This document shows positions 39,802 to 50,040 of a DNA stretch of 64,000 nt, in pieces. The DNA comes from Octopus vulgaris. Lineage: Eukaryota. A program made the position numbers and the translations under genes. Numbering within the stretch: the first letter of the stretch is position 1; each line of letters starts with the position of its first letter. The notes under the pieces were generated by a model that worked only from the letters and a program-made list of their open reading frames with translations, was not told where the DNA came from and searched no databases. Location: positions 20,212,001 through 20,276,000 of the forward strand of contig OX597842.1 of NCBI GenBank assembly GCA_951406725.2. The letters run 5' to 3'.

Positions 39802-40739
39802 GTAAGTTTTATTTATATTTTATTTAATTTCTTTCCATAACTTATTTTTGTTAAGGCAAACTTACTCAGGTGCACAGGGGTCTGGAATGGGGTCACTCAC
39901 ATAAGGAGGATTTTCTTTGTTTTGGTAGGGATTTTCCCAATTTTGTTTTCATCACAGCTTTAGAAATGATGCATTTTATGGAAGAAAATTTGGTCCAGTG
40001 GTTAGGGCAGCGGACTCGCGGTTTCGATTCCCAGACCGGGCGTTGTGAGTGTTTATTGAGCGAAAACACCTAAAGCTCCACGAGGCTCCGGCAGGGGATG
40101 GTGGTGATCCCTGCTGTACTCTTTCACCACAACTTTCTCTCACTCTTACTTCCTGTTTCTGTTGTACCTGTATTTCAAAGGGCCGGCCTTGTCACTCTCT
40201 GTGTCACGCTGAATATCCCCAAGAACTACGTTAAGGGTACACGTGTCTGTGGAGTGCTCAGCCACTTACACGTTTATTGACGAAAACACCTAAAAGCTCC
40301 ACGAGGCTCCGGCAGGGGATGGTGGTGATCCCTGCTGTACTCTTTCACCACAACTTTCTCTCACTCTTACTTCCTGTTTCTGTTGTACCTGTATTTCAAA
40401 GGGCCGGCCTTGTCACTCTCTGTGTCACGCTGAATATCCCCGAGAACTACGTTAAGGGTACACGTGTCTGTGGAGTGCTCAGCCACTTACACGTTAATTT
40501 CACGAGCAGGCTGTTCCGTTGATTCGGATCAACCGGAACCCTCATCGTCGTAACCGACGGAGTGCTTCCATCCATCCACCGTCTTATTTCTGGAGTGCAG
40601 TCACCATCTCGATTTCTTTTGGAGCCAAGGAAGATGAAATCATCAACCACTTCAATCTCTTCATTATCGATCTTGATGCTGGTGTTTGTTGTGGCTGCTG
40701 TTGACATGATCTTCGTTTTCTTAACCACAACCCGTCACT

Positions 40740-40930
40740 ATTTAATAAATTCTCAGATGTCTTTACTTTAACAGCTTCGTTTCCCTCTGTGTCTGCTGTA
40801 GTGTTTCCTGGTTTATCGAAATACGTGGGAATTTCATTTATGTATCCAATATTTCCTGGGGAGAACCCAAACATTTTACCTCCTTCAGAACAAATTTTTC
40901 AGTTTCTGAGCAATATGAGTTTTTTTTTGG
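40740..40930 (-). mobile_element. pogo-like DDE fragment, next to an RTE fragment at 40575-40730
   Basis: IGYINEIPTYFDKPGNTTADTEGNEAVKVKTS; KKTKIM...IEVVDDFIFLGS. Confidence 0.6.
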
Positions 40931-41476
40931 CAGTCGCAGTCACTTATCAATACATGTCAGCCTCAACATCCAAAGCCCTCATGTTCCACCATTTTGTCCT
41001 GCACCTTTCAGGGTCCACCTCTTCCACAGATTGCCTCCGCAGTTAGAGATCAGCACTTCTTTACATAGCAGTCCTTGTCCGTTCATTTTTAGAATGACAT
41101 TGTAAGACAGGTGTAAAAGGATGACCCATTACCAGTTTAAACATGAAACAGGTAGAATCTTTGTGCCAGGTATGGCTACTTTAACTCGTTAGCAATTAGT
41201 TTATTCCGTTTAATGTAATGCTCCTTTAGACTTGGTTTTTGAATTAATCATTCGTTATCTTGTAGTTTTGACATTTTGATGATGTGATTGTTTATTTTTA
41301 GACTGACATTGTAGGGTAGGTGTGAGGGGCTGGACCCAGCCACTTAGAACATAAAACAGATATGGCTGCTTTAATCCTTTAGCAATCAAATTACTGTGAA
41401 ATGTAATGTTCATTTATTCACATTGTTTTGAATTATTTCATCTTAAAATCAAAAATTTTGTTTTCATCTTTTACAG

Positions 41477-41515
41477 ATTTGTCAAGGGCACAAAAGTATA
41501 ATATCACCCAAAGTG
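41477..41515 (+). CDS. Gene B exon 2: 39-nt microexon
   Basis: ttttcatcttttacAG|AT TTG TCA AGG GCA CAA AAG TAT AAT ATC ACC CAA AGT G|GTAAAT; (H)LSRAQKYNITQS(G). Confidence 0.85.
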
Positions 41516-41529
41516 GTAAATATATTCTT

Positions 41530-42130
41530 CTTTCCTACATTTGACCCTCCAACATGGAGTATAGGCCACTCATAATTGAATTCCATGTTGCATAATTTTT
41601 CACCTCTGTACTTATACTCTGCCATGAATGTCCCCCTTTCTCTAGTTCCTTTTGTGTTGATCTACGCCACTAGTTCTTAGGCCTACCTCTCTTTCTATAT
41701 CCAAGTTAAGCTAAGTTAAGGTAAGTTAAGTTAATTTTTGGGCTCAAAAAGCAAAAAAGCAAGGCCATGTAGGGGGACATGGAGTTATGTACAGGGTGGT
41801 GTTCATGCAAAGAGTTCAGGCCATTTGTGGTCAAGGGAGACTTTGAACCAAGCAGTCGTCAGCATCTTCACTATCTCGTCCGGCAGCTTATTCCACGGAT
41901 CCGCAACCCGGACGGAGAAGGCCCCTCTTCTTCGATTGAGATGAAATTGTCGCAGATAGAGTGCATTCCACTCTGCGCTTTGCTCTACAATGATACAAAG
42001 AGTGGCGGTTTGATCTCCACATGAACGGTTCTTCCTAAATCCAGCTTCTTCTTTACTGCTGTCCTCATCATCTCTAAAAGTATCCTGTTAAAATCTTTTC
42101 CGGGAGCTGATAATAGCCTAATCCCTCTAT
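41530..42130 (-). mobile_element. Deleted copy of the RTE+CR1 composite in gene B intron 2
   Basis: Colinear, with deletions, with 5740-6430 and 7130-7300. Confidence 0.75.
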
Positions 42131-42393
42131 AAGATGCTGAGTACTCATCAGCCAATTATAGAGGTTTTCCATTAATAAAAAAGTTATCAAATCAGTGGCA
42201 ACATTATAGAGAAGGTAGATATATAGACAAAGATGTGGATTTAAATTTTAAGAACATATGAGGTACTAAGATTTGGTTGTTCCACTACATCATACGTTCT
42301 TAAAATTAAAATCCACATCTTTGTCTATATATCTACCTTCTCTATAATGTTGCCACGTGATATGAACATTTTTGTATTAACAGAAAACCTCTA

Positions 42394-42486
42394 TAATTGG
42401 CTGATGAGTGTTCAGCATTTTAAAACTGTTGTAATACTTACAACATTTAATAAAATGATGTAGTACGAAACGATCGTACCAAATTA
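42394..42486 (+). ncRNA. Hammerhead ribozyme motif in gene B intron 2
   Basis: taattgg-CTGATGA-gtgtt...agtac-GAAAC-gatc-GTA-ccaaatta; stem II has G-U pairs. Confidence 0.6.
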
Positions 42487-43499
42487 CCGGAGTCATTCTT
42501 ATTGCTTATTTTCATTATAATCACCCCACGGATTTCTATGGATAACACCATACAAAATTCTGGTGCATCTAAATTAAGTACCATATTCATTTGAATCTAA
42601 ATTTTTGCTGAACTTATATATATATATATTTGCCAACATAATGTGGCAGTCTTGGTTAGGACGCATGATACTGTAAATTTAGTCTTAGGAAACATCATCT
42701 ATCTGCATACCAATGGTCTCTGGGTTATTTCCCTTCATCAGCACAGAATAACTGCTCGGCTACAGATGACTCCACTAAACTCTTGTCCAAAATATATACT
42801 TTCCAAAGTGACACAAAGTCTCTGATCTAACAAATAGAAAATTATTTCTAAATCTCTGAACAAAAGACATTGAGTAACAGTACTCTAGGGTAGAGATTAT
42901 TTGCCAACATAATGTGGCAGTCCTGGTTAGGACGATTGTTACTGTTCCTTAGCCTAGGAAATATCGTCTCCAGCAGGCTATATGACACACTAGCTGCATT
43001 CTTATATTTTCAAACAAGGGAGTTTAGCATCCCATAGGACATAGATAGCGTGTCATATACCCAGCTGGAGGCAGTGTTTCCTAGGGCTAGATAACAGTAA
43101 CAATCATCCTAACTAGGACTGCCATATTATGCTGGCAAATAATCCTTACTCTCAGTAATGTTACTGAATGTTTCTCATTCAGTGACTTAGAAATAATAAT
43201 TTTCTATTTACATATATATATATATACATATATATAAACAATGGGCTTCTTTCAGTTTCCATCTATCAAATCCACTCACAAGGCTTTGAAACACACAAGT
43301 GTGTATGTATATATATACACACACATATACATACACACACATATACATACAATGGGCTTCTTTCAATTTCCATCTAGAAAATCCACTCACAAGGCTGATG
43401 CTGTAGTAGAAGACACTTTCCCGAGGTGCTCTGCAGTGGGACTGAACCCAGGACCATGTGATTTGGAAGCAAACTTCTTAACTGATTTCGTTATTTCAG

Positions 43500-43748
43500 G
43501 ACCTGCTGTGCTCAATAGAAACCTCACCCTTTCGATAACAATACCTGATATGAAACGACCGGTGGTTTGGAAGTGCCACAATTATAAATATGAATGTGAC
43601 AAGACATGCGTTAATAGCTCTTGGTATAAAGTGACTCATTTTGGAGATACCTCCACGCTTTGGATCAAAAAAGTAACTGAGAAATGTTTGACTTGGATAT
43701 TTGAAGATGACAACCTTAATGTTGGAAAAATTGATTTGGAGATAAAGA
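43500..43748 (+). CDS. Gene B exon 3: Ig-like domain B1
   Basis: ttatttcAG|GA ... AAG A|GTAGGA; 249 nt. GPAVLNRNLTLSITIPDMKRPVVWKCHNYKYECDKTCVNSSWYKVTHFGDTSTLWIKKVTEKCLTWIFEDDNLNVGKIDLEIK. Confidence 0.9.
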
Positions 43749-44321
43749 GTAGGAAATGATTTATAATAATTTCTTTATTAACCACAGAGGGCTAACACAA
43801 AGCAAAACATTCGGGAGGGTACAGTGTGGGTTTTAGCATGTAAAGTCATACAAAGAATAAAAGAAATTCAAAGTAAGATCCCTGATAGTGGGGGGACTGT
43901 CAAGGGCTACGCGTTACGAAAGCCCAGTAAATCCAATGTCTCCTGACCACCAGGGTGGATGCCTCTCTCGGTCTTTCCTCTCCAATATACAGGTACACTC
44001 TGAGAGAAGGCCCATTCACTCAGGTAATGCTCACCCCTCTCACCCACCTTTCAACAAACTGCTTGAAGCCAGCACTTACCTCTCCACCCTGATTTTCCTC
44101 TTCAAGTGAAACCTGAAAAAGTTTATTAGGGTTTTGACAAAATGGCAGTTGCTGGTCTTCAGCCCTTTCAGACATGTCCACTGTATGATCCCCTTTGCCA
44201 TGGGCCCCGAGCAGATAAAAACTGGTTGCCCTTCCTGGTTGAGGGAAAGTAGAGGGGCCATCTTCACAATGGACTTCCAAAATTTTCCAAAAATCAAAAT
44301 TTTTGTTTTCATCTTTTACAG

Positions 44322-44360
44322 GTTTGTCAAGGACACAAAAGTATAACATCACCCAAAGTG
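44322..44360 (+). CDS. Gene B exon 4: 39-nt microexon
   Basis: atcttttacAG|GT TTG TCA AGG ACA CAA AAG TAT AAC ATC ACC CAA AGT G|GTAAAT; (S)LSRTQKYNITQS(G). Confidence 0.85.
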
Positions 44361-44384
44361 GTAAATATATTCTTCTTTCCTACC

Positions 44385-45666
44385 TTTGACCCTCCAACGC
44401 AGAGTATTGGCCACTCATAATTGAATTCCATGTTGCATAATATTTCGCGTCTGTACTTATACTCTGCCATGAATGTCCCCCTTTCTCTAGTTCCTTTTGT
44501 GTTGATCTACGCCACGGAGTTCTTAGGCCTACCTTTCTTTTTACATCCAACCGGTTTCACTTTAAACACTTTTTGCTACATTTAGTGTGTCTTTTCTAAT
44601 TGTGCTACCAATCCACTTCCACTTTTTCTTAAATATTTGCTCCCTAATCGAAACTTGATTTGTTCTTTGCCATAGCTCCATATTGCTTATGTGTTTGGGC
44701 CATCTAATTTTAAGTATACTACGCAAGCATCTGTTGATGAATGGTTTTATTTGCTTATTTGATTTAACTGTTGTTTGCCATGTCTCAGCCCCATACAATA
44801 ACACCGCTTTTACGTTCGTGTTAAAAATTTTAACTTAAGTTAAGATAATTTTTGGGCTCAAAAAGCAAAAAAGCAAGGCCATGTAGGGGGACATGGAGTT
44901 ATGTACAGGGTGGTGTTCATGCAAGAGTTCAGGCCATTTGTGGACAAGGGAGACTTTGAACCGAGCGGTCGTCGGCATCTTCATTATCTCGTCCGGCAGC
45001 TTATTCCACGGAACCGCAACCCGGATGGAGAAGGGCCCTCTCCTTCGATTGAGATGAAATCGTCACAGATAGAGCTTTCGGAGTGACCCGCAGCCGACGC
45101 TCTGGAGCAGGAGTGAAGAACAGCTCTTTCGAGAGGTTATTTTGTTCTTTATTGAAATTACACTTGCGCTCCATACTTTCTTTAACAGGTGAAAACGGTC
45201 CTTGCCTTACTTATTCTCACCTTAATATCTTCGTCGGTGCCACCTGAAAACGTTATCTTACTACCTGAATACATAAACTCGGCTACATCCTCTAGTTCAC
45301 CAGTTTCTAGTTTAATACATTCATTGTTTACTTCATTAACGTGCATAATTTTTGATTTGAGGTTGACTTTCAATCCTAGTTTGGCAGCTATTGCTTCTAA
45401 TTTTGACATTTTATTTTGCATTTGGCTATGTTTGTGAAAGCAGCCCCCTATCATCTGCAAAGTCGAGATCTTCTACAGCTTCCACATCCGTCCATTCAAT
45501 GCTTGTTTGGCTTTCAATCGTAGTTTCCTTCATAATCCAATCTATAACTAATAGAAATAAAAAGGGAGTAAGGATACAGCCCTGTCGAACTCCTGTTTTT
45601 ACTTCAAATTTATCTGTAGCTCCGTTTCCATGTAAGACTTGGCATGACATTCCTTGGTAAGTTGCT

Positions 45667-45670
<4 letters not shown>
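44385..45670 (-). mobile_element. RTE+CR1 composite in gene B intron 4
   Basis: LLYGAETW, DIKVRISKAR, GVRQGCIL, LDFADD motifs; colinear with 5750-7035. Confidence 0.85.
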
Positions 45671-45726
<56 letters not shown>

Positions 45727-45841
45727 TACACACATACATATAAATATATATATACACACACACACATACATACAATAGGCTTCTTTTAGTTTCCATCTAT
45801 CAAATCCACTCACAAGTCTTTGAAACACACAAGTGTGTATG

Positions 45842-45875
<34 letters not shown>

Positions 45876-46038
45876 TATACATACACACACACACACATAC
45901 ATAGAATGGGCTTCTTTCAATTTCCATCTTGAAAATCCACTCACAAGGCTGACACTTTCCCGAGGTGCTGTGTAGTGGGACTGAACCCAGAACCATATGA
46001 TTTGGAAGCAAACTTCTTAACTGATTTCGTTATTTCAG

Positions 46039-46287
46039 GACCTGCTGTGCTCAATAGAAATGTCACCCTTTCGATAACAATACCTTATATGGAACGACCG
46101 GTGGTTTGGATGTGCAGCAATTATAAATATGAATGTGACAAGACATGCGTTAATAGCTCTTGGTATAAAGTGACACAGGATGGAAATACCTCCACGCTTT
46201 GGATCAAAAAAGTAACTGAGAAATGTTTGACTTGGATATTTGAAGATGACAACCTTAATGTTGGAAAAATTGATTTGGAGATAAAGA
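46039..46287 (+). CDS. Gene B exon 5: Ig-like domain B2
   Basis: tatttcAG|GA ... AAG A|GTAGGA; 249 nt. GPAVLNRNVTLSITIPYMERPVVWMCSNYKYECDKTCVNSSWYKVTQDGNTSTLWIKKVTEKCLTWIFEDDNLNVGKIDLEIK. Confidence 0.9.
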
Positions 46288-47656
46288 GTAGGAAATGATT
46301 TATAATAATTTCTTTATTAACCACAGAGGGCTAACACAAAGCAAAACATTCGGGAGGGTACAGTGTGGGTTTTAGCATGTAAAAAGTCATACAAAGAATA
46401 AAAGAAATTCAAAGTAAGATCCCTGATAGTGGGGGGGACTGTCAAGGGCTACGCGTTACGAAAGCCCAGTAAATCCAATGTCTCCCTGACCACCAGGGTG
46501 GATGCCCTCTCTCGGTCTTTCCTCTCCAATATACAGGTACACTCTAAGAGAAGGCCCATTCACTCAGGTAATGCTCACCCCTCTCACCCACCTTTCAACA
46601 AACTGCTTGGAAGCCAGCACTTACCTCTCCACCCTGATTTTCCTCTTCAAGTGAAACCTGAAAAAGTTTATTAGGGTTTTGACAAAATGGCAGTTGCTGG
46701 TCTTCAGCCCTTTCAGACATGTCCACTATATGATCCCTTTTGCCATGGGCCCCGAGCAGATAAAAACTGGTTGCCCTTCCTGGTTGAAGGAAAGTAGAGG
46801 GGCCATCTTCACAATGGACTCAGTTGATAGTTGTATATAAGGGTTTCTTTTATTTGCCACAAGGGCAAAGGATGAGGGGGTCAATACCAAGGTGTGTGTG
46901 TGTGGAGGTTATATTATCTTTCTCTTTTTACTTGTTTCAGTCATTTGACTGTGGCCATGCTGGAGCACCGCCTTTGGTCGAGCAAATCAACCCCAGGATT
47001 TATTCTTTGTACTTATTCTATGAGTTCTCTTTTGCCGAACCACTAAGTAACGGGGATGTAGACAAACCAGCAACGGTTGTCAAGCGATGTTTGGAGGACA
47101 AACAGACACACAAACACACACATATATACGACGGGCTTCTTTCAGTTTCCATCTACCAAATTGGTTCTCTTGCTGAACCGCTAAGTAACGGGGACGTAGA
47201 CACCCCAGCATCGGTTGTCAAGCAATGCTAGGGGGACAAACAGACACACAAACACACACATATATACGACGGGCTTCTTTCAGTTTCCATCTACCAAATT
47301 GGTTCTCTTGCTGAACCGCTAAGTAACGGGAATGTAGACAAACCAGCATCGGTTGTCAAGCAATGCTAGGGGGACAAACAGACACACAAACACACACATA
47401 TATACGACGGGCTTCTTTCAGTTTCCGTCTACCAAATCCACTCACAAGGCTTTATATAACCAAGCTCATGTGTGCAACATAGTGTTACTGGAAATTTTGA
47501 TGGGGACTTTTCCTTTAGATCACTTTGAAATGGAATTTGTATAACAGAAATGAAAGTATTTTTTAATAGTTTAGTATGAAAATGGTCAAACTTGGGAGAT
47601 ATTACTATTTTTTATTAAAAACAAAAGGTATATATTTTATTGTTTGTCAATTGCAG

Positions 47657-47787
47657 ATCCGAAACCTAAACCTCATGGACTAACTACACTTGAGATTGTC
47701 GGAATCATTTTTGGCTCACTGATCCTTGCTGCAATCCTTGTTGGACTCGCTTATTTCGGCTACAAATATTTTAAAAATAACGATTAG
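47657..47787 (+). CDS. Gene B exon 6: Pro-rich stalk, transmembrane helix, short cytoplasmic tail
   Basis: caattgcAG|AT CCG AAA ...; (N)PKPKPHGLTTLEIVGIIFGSLILAAILVGLAYFGYKYFKNND* (TAG 47785-47787). A long hydrophobic run is followed by Lys residues. Total CDS 753 nt = 250 aa plus stop. Confidence 0.88.
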
Positions 47788-47955
47788 TATAAGAATGCTA
47801 CAATTTGTGTTCTTTTCATCATCATCATCATCATCATCGTCTGCTTTCCATGCTAGCATGGGTTGGACGGTTCAACTGATGTCTGGAAAGAAGAAATAAT
47901 TCTATTTATCAGAATAAGACTTTCACTGACTGCATTGGCATAGTTGGTTTTTTTA

Positions 47956-47961
47956 AATAAA
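47956..47961 (+). other. Candidate polyadenylation signal of gene B
   Basis: AATAAA about 170 nt after the stop; the same motif is in the gene A copy near 10884. Confidence 0.35.
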
Positions 47962-49634
47962 TTATATCCATATTTTAGCAATATTTTTTCCAAAACTCTG
48001 CTCCGTCTTTTACTGGGAGTTTAAAAATCTTAAAAGCTATTAACTGTATATTTATCAACTTAGGACAACAACTAATTTCATTTATATAATTAACAGACAA
48101 ATCTACATCAATACACTAAACTTGAAATCAATAAATTTGAAACCGAAGGAGCTGAAGGGAAAAACACAAACAGAAAAGGTCCACTTTTAAAAAATTATGT
48201 CCAGAAAAAGTGAGCGGTAGCAGATTCAGCATGGAAAATTACATGAATATTCCAAATTTGAAAATTTTGACTGAATCTTAGAATGCAAAAGAATGTGATG
48301 TGTATGTGTGTGTGTGGTGTCCCACCAACATGTGCTATTCCAATATAATTGCAATCTACACTTTCTTAAAGGTATTTCTCAAAATTTTCATTTAAAAATA
48401 CCCATTTTTCCAGAAGTTATGAAGAAACAAAGTCGGTGGGGTACATTTGCATATGTATACCCATTGCTTTAGCATAAATATCTTCAATTATAATCAAAGG
48501 GTCACTGCTTCCGTAGCCAACGAGAACAAAATCCTTAAGCATAGGAAATGAAGTGTGACCCATTTCTTCCACCTGTGACATTTGCCACAGTGAAGTTCTT
48601 ACCATTGTTGGCGCCTTGCCTTACAGAATGCATTCGGTGATCCCTATAAGGGTACTTGCTGCACCTCCTGTTTGTGTTTCTTTTGGTTTAGGATTTGTAT
48701 TTTAATGTGGTATTGTATTATATGTGTATCATGTAAAGACATGTTATATAAGATAAAACAACAGAAAAATAAGCCAACAAAATCAAAATATTTATTTATT
48801 AAAAAAAATAAAATCTCTTTACAGAATTTGCAGAGAAAAATACGAGATGGTATCAAAAGTTCTCGGACAAGCTATGTTTCATAAAAATTACTAATTTACC
48901 TAAGTTTTAACAACATCTCCTGTGAAATACTCACCTTTCACAGTAATACACTGACCCCACAATTCCTACTGCTTCGGGAATCTGGCCTGGAAGTTGTTTT
49001 CTTTAAGCAAGTCATGGACCTTTTGCGATTTTATTTCCTTTTCTGTATAATTGTTTATTTATTTTTATATCTGAAACGCTAATTATTTCTTGCATAAAAT
49101 TATAAGTTATTATCAAGTGTCCAACGTTTTTTTGTGTTACTGGATGGTTGTGAATGCCATAAAAGGTGCGAAATCTTTCCTTTCAGGTTCACAGCCGAAC
49201 AGTGGAGGTGCAATGGCCCAGTGGTAAGGGTAGTGGACTCGCAGTCGTAGGATCGCGGTTTCGATTCCCAGACCGGGCGTTGTGAGTGTTTATTGAGCGA
49301 AAACACCTAAAGCTCCACGAGGCTCCGGCAGGGATGGTGGTGATCCCTGCTGTACTCTTTCACCACAACTTTCTCTCACTCTTACTTCCTGTTTCTGTTG
49401 TACCTGTATTTCAAAGGGCCGGCCTTGTCACTCTCTGTGTCATGCTGAATATCCCCGAGGACTACCTTAAGGGTGCACGTGTCTGTGGAGTGCTCAGCCA
49501 CTTACACGTTAATTTCACGAGCAGGCTGTTCCGTTGATTTGGATCAATCGGAAGCCTCGTCGTCGTAACCGATGGAGTGCTTCCACCACAGTGAACAACG
49601 ACAGACAAATGGCAAAATTGGGAGAGAATTAGAC

Positions 49635-50040
49635 ATCATCATCATCATTGTTTGACCGTGGTCAAGACAATGGAATTTACCATGCTACACCAGACTTCAC
49701 GGTCCATCATGGCATTACAGAGGTCCTGTTGCTGGATGCCTGTATCCCTGGAGATTACATCAGGGTAGGAGAGTGTGCACCCTCTGGTATTATGAGTAGA
49801 TGGCTTCCAGAGGAGAAGAGCAGAAATTACCTCGTTTTCAGCTCTACAATAATGTCCAGCAAACTGGACTCTTCTACCTTTTACAAGAGATGACACGGGT
49901 GGTAGTTTCCCATATATATGTACTTTGGTTGGATGACGCTTCCACAAGAGATTTTGAGCTCTCATAAGGAGGCGAGTGTAGGTTCCATCCAACCGCCTCT
50001 CAAGCTTCTTTGATAACATCCAGGTTTCTGAGCCATAGAG
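49635..50040 (-). mobile_element. RTE-type LINE 3' end
   Basis: LDGTYTRLLMRAQN...RRVQFAGH...LLLWKP...AMMDREVW with a (TGA)n tail. Confidence 0.85.
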
